Part shown: one piece after another, positions 1 through 13,681 of the stretch
Layout: every line of letters begins with the position of its first letter
Position numbering within the stretch: the first letter of the stretch is position 1
Notes under the pieces: generated by a model
The model's input: the letters and a program-made list of their open reading frames with translations, nothing else
Databases searched by the model: none
Told to the model about the DNA's origin: nothing
Assembly: GCA_951406725.2 (NCBI GenBank)
Contig: OX597827.1
Location: 76,446,001-76,510,000, forward strand
Length of the DNA stretch: 64,000 nucleotides
Direction of reading: 5' to 3'
Source of the DNA: Octopus vulgaris
Taxonomy: Eukaryota
Position numbers and translations under genes: made by a program

Positions 1-185
1 CTGCAAAAAGCAGTAGCCAAATTCCCGTTAAATCAGACCCACAACATCTTGGAAGGAATGGGTAACATCAGATAATGTAATAGATAGGCATTGCCTTCTA
101 CCCGTGATAAAAAGCCAAGACAGTCATGGCTGGAATACCATTGATTTATAGGTGTACTTAGTCAAGGCTCACCTGGGGCTAAAAG
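1..185 (+). repeat. Unclassified dispersed ~200-bp repeat (family F), runs off window start
   Basis: Shares motifs gcagccaaat...gataatgta...gtcatggctggaat...gacctggggctaa with copies at 18.1, 34.5, 37.4-38.1, 50.0-50.7 and 51.7 kb; a further 3' fragment lies at ~420-492. Confidence 0.7.
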
Positions 186-1239
186 GTCAATGGCACTAAA
201 TAAGCCATCAGGAAGGTCAGTGGCCTGGCTATAGGGTGTCCTAGCTGGAGCAGCTCTTCAGTTTGTGGACAATCTGCCCCCCCCGGCCCCAAACCTACAC
301 AGAATTACACACCACACCCAAAAGTACCACCCTCGTAAAAACATCACCCAAGAGAGAGAGCTCCCGATCACCCATACCGACTGCACTACAGATCGAAGCA
401 TGGGTGGTCTTGGATAAAAGAACAGGATTATCATGACTGGAGTGTCTTTGATATTAGTCCTGCTGGATAAGGGCTGACCTGGGGCTAAACAATTGAAAAT
501 ATATACTTTTCTGTTAAAGGTTTTCACCCCTATTTCAATAAACCTTATCCATTCACATATACCAACGTCTTTACTATATCATACAACCAATTCTGTTCAA
601 GAATACAATTCTGGCATTGCTCACTTCTATATTTACAACTCCTACAAAAGAATGGCAAGTCATTTTCTTGCTTCAATGTGGAATGAAAAGTTCATACAAA
701 AATTCTTCGCATTTCATTGAATATCATTATATTCCAAGTTTATATGTTCACCAGGGCACTTCCTTATTTTACAAGTATCAAGGTCCTGCTATGACCAACT
801 ACCCTTAAGAAAAAAATTATTCTATATTTTTCTTTCATTTTCTGTTTGTTCCTTGCTGTAAGGAAATCTCAGTTGTCCTCACTTCGCTGAGTCTACTACT
901 CATTAAAAACACAGCAAAAAATCTATGTTTTGATGCTCTTTAAAAAATTTTTTGGTACCATGTCTTCACCTTTGCTTCCAGTTCAAGTATGAAATGGCTA
1001 TGGCACCCACAAAACCACCATCCACCAATACATCTTAAAGAACTGCAATCACCCACCCGACTGGGATCCCTTTACTACTAAATATATTTTCACTAATGTC
1101 TAACGTTAATTCTCTTACAATTAACAGCTTTAAGGTCTTGGGGGGGGGGGCAGGAAGAGGAGAGAAAGCTATGGGTGGATCACATGTTACTGAGTAAAAA
1201 CCATCACATTATTCATTCTACAATAGTGGCTTGCATATT

Positions 1240-1540
<301 letters not shown>

Positions 1541-2616
1541 TGTATATACACAAACACACATAAGCAAATCGCAGGACAAAAAAGAACAGGAAAAACCAAA
1601 AGTCAATTAGACGTACATAGATTAATGTTCATTGAAAGGTCTAGATGGGAAAATGGGGGAGCAGGAGTGATGTTTTGAGGAGGGCTCTTTGTCAGATAGA
1701 AGTAAAGGTTGAAAGAAGAAGAAAAGGAAAGAACAGATAGTCTGGAGAGAATCACACACATACACACACATTGTGTGTACAGAGTTAGATGTACGACAAC
1801 CACTACTGTAAGAGTTAAAGCTCCACATAGTACAGTGGTTAGTCAACCACTGCATTTAGCAGTGTCACTAATTGTGATATACAGAGAAGATGTGGTGGAA
1901 CATTTAAGATAAACATTTAGCTTCTACATATGTTTCAACATGACAATTAACTGGAACTCAGCACTGGAGGTTCCAATGCCATTTGGATGTCTAACTGCAA
2001 CGGGTCATGAGGGTAACACTTCATTCCAAATAACTGCAATTGTGAAACGGATGTAAAGATCAAATTCATCTCCACTGAGAATGTAAAATGTATTTCGTAA
2101 ATTTCTGAAATTAATTTGTACTTTCTTGAAATTGTCTCCCCTTTCTATTAAGAGTTAACAACAGTTACCACTAGGTTTTTGTTTCCTTTCTCCAACTGAA
2201 TTTCAATTCACTGAGAATGTGGCCTGGGTTGGAATCCAGCCATAATAATAATGATAATAATAATAATAATAATAATGTTTTGCCTCTCCCTTTCTCTCCT
2301 TTTATACTTAAACTTTCTCCTCAGATCAACTAATTCCAAAACCACAAAGATATTCACCTATCCTCTAGAGAAGGCAGGGCTAAACCTTTCTTGAGATGCA
2401 GGCCACATAAGACTTGGCACATCATCAGGTGGGTCATACTAATTAAAAAAGCCCAAGCTAATTTTTCATTAGGCTTGCCATTCATAAAGTCTCTCAGGTC
2501 ACAGTTTGTCTACGACTGTTCCTCTCACAAGTTCCCTTTTCTCCATGCTAGTAGCACATACGTCCACCCCTCAATTTCTCCAGGAAGCTGGTTTTCTTAG
2601 GTTTTCTCTCTTTTCT

Positions 2617-3039
2617 CTTTTACTTGTTTCAGTCATTTGACTGTCGCCATGTTGGAGCATCGTCTTTAGTCGAGCAAATCGACCCCATGTCTTATTCTTT
2701 GTAAGCCTAGTACTTATTCTATCGGTCTCTTTTGCCGAACCGCTAAGTTACGGGGACGTAAACACACCAGCATCGGTTGTCAAGCAATGTTGGATTGACA
2801 AACACAGACACACAAACATACATATATATATATATATACATATATACGATGGGCTTTCTTTCAGTTTCCGTCTACCAAATCCACTCACAAGGCATTGGTC
2901 GGCCCGAGGCTATGGTAGAAGACACTTGCCCAAGGTGCTGCGCAGTGGGACTGAACCCGGAACCATGTGGCAAGCTACTTATGTGGTAAGCAAGCTTATG
3001 TGGTAAGCAAGCTACTTACCACACAGCCACTCCTACGCC
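2617..3039 (-). mobile_element. tRNA-derived SINE family A, full length
   Basis: Minus strand begins ggcgtaggagtggctgtgtggtaag (A box) and ggttcagtccc (B box), then CORE-like ccttgggcaagtgtctt, a (TA)/(TG) linker and a tail ending aatgactgaaacaagtaaaag. About 20 related copies or fragments occur in the window. Confidence 0.9.
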
Positions 3040-3871
3040 TGGTTTTCTGGTCAAACTAACTTCTTTCATTTTCTCAAATAACACTCTTATGTATTATAAC
3101 TTCTCACCATTTTCAAACAGTTTCTTTGGATTGTAATGAAATTTCGAAATTTAGTGGGAAAGACAAGAAGAGACAAGAGAAGCCGGTTATTATGATCATC
3201 CATGCCTTATTTTGGACAATTCCAACTTAACAGAAAGGACACTGGAATATGTGTTTGTCTGGCAGACGACATCCTTCAGAAAAAACAGCACTTCCCTATA
3301 TTAATCATGTGATTTCACTGTCACTCCATAGATTCAAAATGTCCACTTTTCTGAAATACTCTTTCTTGTACTGTGTCCCTTTAAGAGAACACAGAACTCA
3401 GACAAGCAACCATGTTCAGAAGCTGCTGTCTACTTTTAACTCTCTCCCCCTCTCTCTCTCTCTGTCTCTTTCTTGCTCTTGTCTTTCTCCTCCTACTCTA
3501 CCCCTATACTCTCCTACCACATGTAACTTCCTTATTAATTCTTGTTCTTTTCTTTCTTCCCTTACAATTCACTTCATGTCTTCCCCTACCCTTCACACAT
3601 CACTCTCACTCTCTTCTTACACCACCACCACCACACCAACACCCATTCAAACCCTCCTACCTTTATTAGTTCCTTCTTCCTTTCTTTTTTCTTCTTCCTC
3701 TATCAGTCATCTCTTCCCACAACCCTTATTCACTCTCTCTCTAACACACATACATACACACATACACATACTCTATAGAGAATGTGAGACAGGGACAGAT
3801 AGAGTGAAAGAAGGAAAGAGAGACAAGAAGAAAGGAGGTATAAGCATGTGAGGTATGTCTTTATATATATG

Positions 3872-3903
<32 letters not shown>

Positions 3904-4446
3904 TCTACACACGCACACATACACGCTCACACACGCATGCACAGAGACTCAGTACGCCAAGCTTTCTCCCCCTTCCTTTCAGCTCTTATTCTCCCTTCTC
4001 TTCCTCTCCCCCTCTCATATTCACTATGCCACCTCTCTCTCCCCACCACCACCACCACTCTTTATCTCACAACAAAATCTATCTTCCATGTTTTTTCCCC
4101 CTTTTCTGTTTTCTCATTCGCCTCTTCTTTCTTTTCTTTCTTCATTTTCCCCCAACTTCTTCCCCACCAACCCTCAGCCACCCACCCCCATCGCCTTCCT
4201 ACATCTATGTCTCACTTATTCTCCAGTTTGTTATTCTTTTCTTTTCTTTTTTTTTTTTACTTTTCTCTCAGTTCATCTCTTCCCCCTCTTTCACTTAATC
4301 TTATTAACTCTACCTCTTCCTCCTACTATCCCTCTGTGTTCTCTTTCAGTTTCCTCATCGCTTCTCTCTCTACACTTTGTATACATCTCATTTCCCTTTA
4401 GCTCACTGCATCTCCTCTCTCATCAAGTGTGTGTGTGCGTGCGTGT

Positions 4447-4490
<44 letters not shown>

Positions 4491-4827
4491 TCATATATAT
4501 ATACATACACACACATGTGTGAGTTGGGGTTTTTGTCCTTCACACTCCCCCCCTCTATCTCCTAGAAAATCTAGTTACTCTCCTCCTCTCCTCTCCTCTC
4601 ACTCTTCCTCTAGGACAAAATATTTTTCTCACTTCTATGTATTATTCTAGTGGTGTGAAGGAGGAGGATGGGGAGGAGGGGACAGCCACACACAAATATA
4701 CACATATACAGACAGACAACAATTTTTCAATTTATATACATATATATGTGTGTATATACACACACACGCATATATATATATGTATATATATATATACATA
4801 CATATATGCATGTGTGTGTGTCCTATT

Positions 4828-5215
4828 GTTTTACTTGTTTCAGTCATTTGACTGCAGCCATGCTGGAGCAGGGCCTTGAGTCGAGCAAATCGACCTCAGG
4901 ACTTACTCTTTGTAAGCCCAGTACTTATTCTATCGATCTCTTTTGTCGAACCGCTAGGTTACAGGGACGTAAACATACCAACATCATTTGTCAAACGGTG
5001 GTGGAGGGACAAACACAAACACAGACACACAAACATAAATATATTTGTATATATAAAATGGGCTTCTTTCAGTTTCCGTCTACCAAATCCATTCACAAGG
5101 CTTTGGTTGGTCCGAGGTTATAGAAGACAGTTGCCCAAGGTGCCATGCAGTGGGACATAACCCAGAACCACGTTGTTGGGAAGCAAGCTTCTTACCACAC
5201 AGCCACTCCTGCGCC
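4828..5215 (-). mobile_element. SINE family A, full length
   Basis: Same head, linker and tail as 2617-3039. Confidence 0.9.
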
Positions 5216-5723
5216 TGTTCGTTCTCAGAGAATGGGCAGAGTCAACAACTATTGAAAAGATTGCAAGACACGATGAAATTTTTTATAAAAATAAAGAAAT
5301 GAGTGGAAACTGAACCGGTGAGTGTATTAAATAGTAAATGACCCACCCCAGACACAAGTATAATCAGCCAAAATTGTGAGGATAATCTGGTGTTTGACTG
5401 AGGAAAGAAAACCTTGAATGATCCGTCCTTGTTTTCTTTGTATCGTTTATCTGGATGTTTGGTTGTCCTATTTTTGTATCACCTAACTGTCCCGGTGCTT
5501 TGCATTCTTGTCCCATTTTGTATTTTATATATGTATATGCTGATTGGTGATACAGTATGGGCAGATTTTCGAAATCCAATGAATCTTTATACATTTATAC
5601 AGTTGGACAATTATACAAATATACTTTTTCAAGGAGATATGATAAACCTATTATAATGGGTAATACTACATGTACTTTTCATATTTTTTATATTGTGATG
5701 TAATCTTTGGACTAGCAATGTTT

Positions 5724-5814
5724 GCGGCTGAAGAGAGCTTTAAACCATCTTTTATATCAATAATTCTCTGATGTAATAACGGATTGTTTATAAAGCTTGA
5801 AACACGTGTACCGC
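5724..5814 (+). ncRNA. Type I hammerhead ribozyme motif with extended stem II and palindromic stem III
   Basis: GCGG CTGAAGA GAGCTTTAAAC ... GTTTATAAAGCTT GAAA CACGTG TA CCGC. Intact CUGANGA/GAAA/UH core, stem I GCGG/CCGC, stem II GAGCUUUA/UAAAGCUU, stem III palindrome ACACGUGU. Confidence 0.8.
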
Positions 5815-5856
5815 GATATCCTTTGTGTTCTGTTATTAATTTATATATATATAAAA

Positions 5857-5925
5857 TTAATCCAAACAGAGCAGAGCTCTTCATCAGAAACATAGGAAAA
5901 GGAAAGATCCAGAGAAGGGAAGACG
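5857..5925 (-). mobile_element. Internally deleted copy of the minimal-hammerhead element seen at 20.8 and 61.4 kb
   Basis: ttaatccaaaca is joined directly to gagcagagctcttcatcagaaacatagg...gatccagagaagggaagac. The GAAA half of the ribozyme is deleted and a SINE A head abuts at 5926. Confidence 0.7.
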
Positions 5926-6080
5926 GGTGCAGGAGTGGCTGTGTGGTAAGTAGCTTACTTACCAACCACATGGTTCCGGGTTATGCCTCACTGCGTGGCA
6001 CCTTGGGCAAGTGTCTTCTACTATAGTCTCAGACCGACAAAAGCCGTGTGAGTGGATTTTGTAGATGGAAACTGAAAACA
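5926..6080 (+). mobile_element. SINE family A head/body fragment
   Basis: ggtgcaggagtggctgtgtggtaagtagc...ccttgggcaagtgtcttc...ggaaactgaaa. Confidence 0.85.
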
Positions 6081-6094
6081 GTCTTTTAACGTAT

Positions 6095-6264
6095 GCTTCA
6101 GTCATTGGATTGCAGCCATCATGGGGCACTGCCTTGGAGGGTTTTAGTTGGATACATTGATCCAAGTACAGTTTTTTAGAAGTCTGGCATTTAATCTATT
6201 GGTCTCTTTTTGCCCAACCTCAATGTTACAGGGACATAAACAAACTAACACCACCACTTGTCTA

Positions 6265-6326
<62 letters not shown>

Positions 6327-6516
6327 GCACACAAACATACATACATACACATATGACAGGCTTCTTTCATTTTACGTCTTCCAAATCCACTCAAAGGGCT
6401 TTGGTGAGCCCAGAGCCATAGCAGAAGGCACTTGCCCAAGGAGCCATGCAATGGGACTGAACTCATAACTATGTGGTTGGGAAGCAAGCTTCTTACCACA
6501 CAGCTATGCCTGCACC
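6095..6516 (-). mobile_element. SINE family A, diverged, with expanded internal (TA)n
   Basis: Tail at 6095-6260 and head at 6356-6516, separated by the microsatellite linker. Confidence 0.8.
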
Positions 6517-6892
6517 AATGTGTACATGTATATAAACACACACACACACACACAGAGGAAAATAAATATTTGCTTGATTAGAATTGTAGGAGTTCTTTCC
6601 CTTGCCTTTGTTAACAGTAAATTTTCATTAGCACTAATTAAATTATTGTTATGACTCCCAACAGAATATCATTTCCAGTTTACTACCTTTAGTTAGGCTA
6701 ACATACATATCCACATATATATAATGAGTTTCTATATACATCATGCTGGTGTTAAGAAGAGCAACCGGTCATAGATACGACACCAAAGCTGATGTTGGAG
6801 CTCAATGCAGTCCTGCAGCATGGGAAATGGATGTTAAATGATAAAGAAGACTAATGTTGATTTACATGTACTCTTTTTCTCTCTTTTGTACT

Positions 6893-7291
6893 CTTTTACT
6901 TGTTTCAGTCATTTGACTGCGGCCATGCTGGAGCACCGCCTTTAGTCGAGCAAATCGACCCCAGGACTTATTCTTTGTAAGCCCAGTACTTATTCTATCG
7001 GTCTCTTTTGCCGAACCGCTAAGTGACGGGGACGTAAACACACAAGCATTGGTTGTCAAGCAATGCTAGGGGGACAAACACAGACACACAAACACACACA
7101 CACATACATACATATATATACATATATACGACAGGCTTCTTTCAGTTTCCGTCTACCAAATCCACTCACAAGGCATTGGTCGGCCCGGGGCTATAGCAGA
7201 AGACACTTGCCCAAGATGCCACGCAGTGGGACTGAACCCAGAACCATGTGGTTGGTTAGCAAGCTACTTACCACACAGCCATTCCTGCGCC
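6893..7291 (-). mobile_element. SINE family A, full length, apparently young
   Basis: Near-identical to copies at 12551, 26670 and 57253; CpGs retained. Confidence 0.92.
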
Positions 7292-7693
7292 TATGTATAA
7301 ATATCTTTTTCTTTTTTTTTGTTAGAGTGTACTTTTTTTCTGGACTTATCAACTGACCAGTCGCCAAAACTTCAAAGAAGATGGCCAAAACTTCAAAGTC
7401 ACTCTCAAAAAAAAACACTCTTGTTTTAAGAATAACACACACACATACATAAGTGGCATTTGGTGGTTATTGTATTGGGTATACTGCTAAACCCAATGCC
7501 ACCAAATTTCAAGCAGGGTTATAACAAAAGTTCTCCATTAAGATTTTATAATTAAATTAATGAATAAGGTTAGTATTGATAATGAATTTGCCATTTTCGA
7601 TGGGTGTGCAGCATGCAGGTAGCACACCTGGAATATACGCCCCTGACATGTGTATATATATGTATTAATTGTTTTGTTGGTTTCAGTCAAGGC

Positions 7694-8002
7694 CAGAGTT
7701 TCTCAAACTTTTTGACCCCCCACTCACGGCGACATAATACCCTCAGCACCCCACCCCTATTTTTATGTACAAAGAAATATTTTATATTTTACAAATTTCT
7801 ATATACCATGGATCATTTGATATTTAATATAATATTATATAATTTGTATGCAATTCTATAATGACATAATAAATTCATAGCGTCCCCCCCCATGATTCAC
7901 TGCTTTCCTCCCAATGCTTTCTCTACCGCCTCCACCCCCACCCGGACCGTCTCAACGCTCACTGGGGTGGGGGTGGGGTAGAGCCCACTTTGCGAACCTA
8001 TG
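7694..8002. mobile_element. hAT-type MITE
   Basis: Imperfect TIRs cagagtttctcaaact / actttgcgaacctatg and an 8-bp TSD gtcaaggc (7686-7693) / gtcaaggt (8003-8010). Confidence 0.75.
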
Positions 8003-8321
8003 GTCAAGGTGATGTACATTATTGAAAGGGATTTAGTAAATTGTTTTTAGTTTTGTTACTTCTTTCATCCACATTTTGATATGAAATGACAGAGTACACT
8101 TAGTTGAAGTCTACACAGGGAGTTATCTCCCTTACAGGTTTATACTGTTTAACACCAACACAAACACAAACGGTTATCACCATCATCCGTTTTTACATCT
8201 GCATTTGCATGCTGGCATGCGTTAGGAGGGACATTTCTTAGGCAGTGATTCGTTGCATCTCACATTTATCACCCAGAGACATGAGATATATATATTCTAA
8301 AAATGCACATATATGTGGCTA

Positions 8322-9060
8322 GGCACAGGCATGGCTGTGTGGTTAAGAAACTGGTTTCCCAACCATGTGGTCTTGGGTTCAGCCTCACCACACAGCACCT
8401 TGGGCAAGTCTCTCTTGTACTATAAAGCCCTGGGCCAACCAAACCCTTGTGATAGAAACTGAAAGAAGCATGTTGTGTGCATGTTTGTATATATGTATAT
8501 GTCCCACAGCATGGAACCTTGGGCAAGTGTCTTCTACTATAGCCTCGGGCCGACCAAACCCTTGTGAGTGGATTTGGTAGACGGAAATTGAAAGAAGCCC
8601 ATCGTATATATGTGTGTGTGTGTGTGTATGTTTGTGTGTCTGTTTTTGTCTCCATAGCATTGCTTGACAACCAATGGTGGTGTGTTTGCGTCCCCTGTAA
8701 CTTAGCAGTTTGGCAAAAGAAACCGACAGAATAAGTACTAGGCTTACAAAGAATAAGTCATGGGGTCGATTTGCTCAGCTAAAGGCGGTGCTCCAGCATG
8801 GCCACAGTATAATGACTGAAACAAGTAAAAGAGTATATATATGTATATATGTGCATGTGTTTTTGTGATTGTGTGTCCCACCAACCATTCTTTGACAACA
8901 GGTGTTGGTTTGTTTACATCCTTGTGACTTAGTGGTTCAGCAAAAGAGACGAACAGAATAAGTATCAAGCATAAAAAAATAAGTAGTGGGTCAACGAACT
9001 CTCTCAGGTGATTACCCACCATGGCTGCCATCCAATGACTTCAGCAAGTAAATGGTAAAA
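8322..9060 (+). mobile_element. Cluster of SINE family A pieces (head 8322-8468; body and tail 8516-8831; second tail ~8870-9060)
   Basis: Repeated ccttgggcaagt and aataagtact...ccagcatggc motifs; possibly one copy nested in an older one. Confidence 0.8.
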
Positions 9061-9129
9061 ATATATATTTGTATGTGTGTGTATGTATTTGTTTGGGTAA
9101 AAGCATGTCCTGCTATTGTTTGTGTCCAA

Positions 9130-9430
9130 AGGGCCTCCGGTGCTCAACTGTAACTTATTTTATTGACCCTGCAAGGGTGAACAGCAAAGTCGACCTCGGT
9201 GAGACTTGAACTCAGAATGTAAAAAAACCAAAGAAATATATGCCCAAGCTTTGTGTCCAGGACATTAACGACTCTGCCAGTTTCTGACTTAGACACAAGG
9301 CCAGCAGTTCCGAGAGGTAGGTGTCAGTCAATGCCATCAACCACAGTATATAACTGGTACTTTAATCTTATTGGCCCAGAAAGGATGGAAGCAAAGGTTG
9401 ACTTTGGCAAGATTTGAACACAGAATGCAA
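9130..9430 (-). mobile_element. Two degenerate Deu/Nin-domain SINE (family D) fragments
   Basis: Plus-strand motif aaaggatg..aa(g)gcaaagt(c/t)gac...ttgaac(t)cagaatg, matching the 23.0-23.5 kb copies. Confidence 0.65.
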
Positions 9431-9579
9431 AAAAAGTAGGAACAAAACTTCCTGTCAGTTGAGAAGTTTTTGTTTGAATATCGGGAAATGAATGAAAGCC
9501 ACAACATCATCTTTATTCAACTAAGGAAAATGACTGAAATGTTTGGGAAAATGCTAATTACTGTGTTTGTTCCAGACCT

Positions 9580-9775
9580 CCTCCTCCTCCCCCTCCCTAT
9601 CCTCCTCCTTATCACCACCACCATCATTGTCATCATCATCATCACCACTGTCACTACCATCACCGCCACCACCATCGTCATCGTCACCACCACCACCACC
9701 GTCATCATACAGCACTAATGATGACAAGAACAACAACAGTATGTGTGGCCTCCACCACCTGCTACTACTGTAATG

Positions 9776-9846
<71 letters not shown>

Positions 9847-9875
9847 CGCCACCACCATTACTGCTATTATTACCA
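9580..9875. repeat. Compound triplet repeats (CCT)/(CAT)/(CAC)/(TAC)/(TGC)
   Basis: Direct reading. Confidence 0.9.
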
Positions 9876-10089
9876 TTACAGACAACATACACTCACACAT
9901 CAATACACAGACATAGATATAGATATATGTGTATATATATGTATATATATATATATAAATAAATACAACTACACACACGCACACACACACGTAAACACAC
10001 TCACGTACACACACATCCCATCCCTTCCTCATAAACCAGTCACTTTATCCTTGCCTACACACACACACACACACACATCTTACATAGAA

Positions 10090-10600
10090 TTAATCACACA
10101 CACACACACGCAAAGCTCATAAATCCACACACACAACTTCTCCCTCTTATTTTACACTCATACTTCCCCCTCTTCTTTTTTTCATACACTTTCTCTTTCA
10201 TTGTTACACACACACACAGCTACACAAACTCTTTAACACACACACACACACATCTACACAAGCTCATAAACACACACACACATACACAAACTCATAAACA
10301 CACACACACACACATCTACACAAACTCATAAATACACACATATATATACACACACACACACAAATCTACAAACTCATAAACATAAACACACACAAACTCA
10401 GACATATATATACATACATACACACACACATCTACAAACTCCTAAACATAAAATACATAAAACACACACACACACACACACATTACACATCTACACAAAC
10501 TCAAACATATATACATACACACACACACACACATCTACAAACTCATAAACATATATACACACACACATACACATCTACACACACACACACACACATTTCA
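10090..10600. repeat. Minisatellite of (CA)n plus catctacaaactcataaa units
   Basis: Core ctac(ac)aaactcataaac recurs about 9 times with variable (CA)n spacers. Confidence 0.8.
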
Positions 10601-10846
10601 ACTCTCCCATTCTCTGATTACAACAAAATCTCTCTCTACATGTCTGTCAGTCTGTCCGTCTGTCTTTCTGTCTTGTTTCATTTGCTTTCCCCCTTTTTTC
10701 TGATGATTACACACTCACACACACACACACAAAGTATACAACACATACACACACACACACAGTATACAACACATACACACACATATCTCAGCTTCACTCC
10801 CCCACCACCATAACTCCTCTCTTACACATTCATTACACACACACAG

Positions 10847-10880
<34 letters not shown>

Positions 10881-11534
10881 GCATTCACAAACACCTTCTC
10901 TCTTTTACTTTCTCTTCACAAACACACACATTTGTTACACTCTTTCTTTCTCTCCCTTTCACACATTCACTGTACAATTTCCTTCCACACACATTATACT
11001 CTCTTTCCCTCACTTTCTCCCCCTCTCACACAAAACACTCTTTCACACACTCTCCCTCTCTTTCCCTTTCACACACACATTCTCCATTATAAGTCCCCTC
11101 CCTCCTGTCCACCTCACATACATATATTACAATCTCCTTCCCCCCCCTCTCTCTCTCTCTTTGTCTCTCTACCTCCACCACCATCGCCCTCATTAAGCAG
11201 TTCCTCTCCTTCACTCTCTCTCCACACTTCTGTAGTCCCCTTCCTTCTACATTATCCCCCTCTCTCTCTGCATGTCTCTCCCACCTCTGCCTCATCCCCT
11301 CCATCACAGCTCTCTACTTTCTCTTCCATTCCACCAACCCTCTCCTACCTACATTCATTATTACCCTAATTCTCTCTCTCCTCCTTCCTAATCACTTCCT
11401 CATACTACTACCCCCCTTCTCACATCCCTCCCTACCACTCTATCATGTTACTCCACCCCTCTCCCTCTTTTCACTCCATCTCAACCTCTCATTAAAACAT
11501 TAACTGTTTCATAAACACAACTCCCCTCCCCAAA

Positions 11535-12380
<846 letters not shown>

Positions 12381-12550
12381 TTTACTTATTTCGGTTAAGA
12401 AATAAACAAGCATGGTGTTGTCTCCAGGTGGATATCCACTCCACTTCACAACAACCATTTAACTAGTACAGAACTAAAGCTATGTGTCCAATACTCTCTC
12501 TCCACACGCACACACACACATATATATATATTACTCTTACTCTTTGCTCT

Positions 12551-12862
12551 CTTTTACTTGTTTCAGTCATTTGACTGCGGCCATGCTGGAGCACCGCCTT
12601 TAGTCGAGCAAATCGACCCCGGCACTTATTCTTTGTAAGCCCAGTACTTATTCTATCGGTCTCTTTTGCCGAACCGCTAAGTAACGGGGACATAAACACA
12701 CCAGCAACGGGGACAAACACAGACACACACATATATATATATACATATATACGACAGGCTTCTTTCAGTTTACGTCTACCAAATCCACTCACAAGGCTTT
12801 GGTCGGCCCGAGGGTATAGCAGAAGACACTTGCCCAAGATGCCACGCAGTGGGACTGAACCC
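12551..12862 (-). mobile_element. SINE family A, 5'-truncated at the B box
   Basis: Match ends at gggactgaaccc, followed by (TG)n. Confidence 0.88.
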
Positions 12863-13570
12863 TGTGTGTGTGTATATATATATACACACACAGTATTATT
12901 ACTTCATGATGTGAAAAGCCTCTTGGATTGAAATGGTCCTTTTTACAATCTGGAAAGACGTTTCTGAGACCCTTACTATGAGGGGGCCCCTACCTAGTCA
13001 CTCTCCTTGCTAGAAATAACAATCAGACCATCCTTAAATCATATTCTACAATCTTACAAAAGAAAAAAGAAAAAGGTAATCTATGTGGCTTTTTTTGAAT
13101 TGCTAGAAATCATAGGCAAATCCCCTCATATCACAGGCAACTACTTTGAAGGAAGGACACATTGTAGAATGGGAAATGGATGTGAAATGACAATGGTGTA
13201 CATGTATGTGTGTGTGTGTTTGGGCATATGTGTGTATGTGCATGTGTGTATGGGTATGTGTATGTATGGACATGTGTGTGCATATGTATGTGCTTGCATT
13301 TATGTCTACGGGTATGTGTGTGTATGTATGTGTATGCATGCATGTGTATGTGTGTATGGATGCATGAATGTGTGTGTTTGTCTCCGTCCCAAATAACTTA
13401 GCAGTTTGGCAAACAAGAGAATAGTAGATTTAAAATTAAGTACCAGAGTCAATTTACTCAACTAAGGGCTCTTCAGGTTAGTAGTGCCCCAGCATGGCCA
13501 GAGTCCAATGACCAAGACATTAGGAAAGGACAAAAAAAAAAAAACACACAGCAGATGAGATAAAACTCAC

Positions 13571-13681
13571 CTAGGGAAAGAGGCTAGTCCCTTTGAACAA
13601 CAGCTTCCCTCTACAGCTAGATGAATACTTGAAGAACATGGACCTTTAATCAAGGGTCTTTTGGGCCCAGGAGGAGAAGAT
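13571..13681 (-). CDS. Candidate internal exon (111 nt) of an unidentified gene
   Basis: Minus-strand acceptor cacctcacttcctgctgttttag and consensus donor ctag|gtgagt. Length is divisible by 3 with one open frame (SSPPGPKRPLIKGPCSSSIHLAVEGSCCSKGLASFP). No homology recognised. Confidence 0.35.

Noticed and set aside
500-990. Possible decayed DNA-transposase fragment on the minus strand
   Set aside because: Multiple stops and no motif identifiable with confidence; needs BLASTX.
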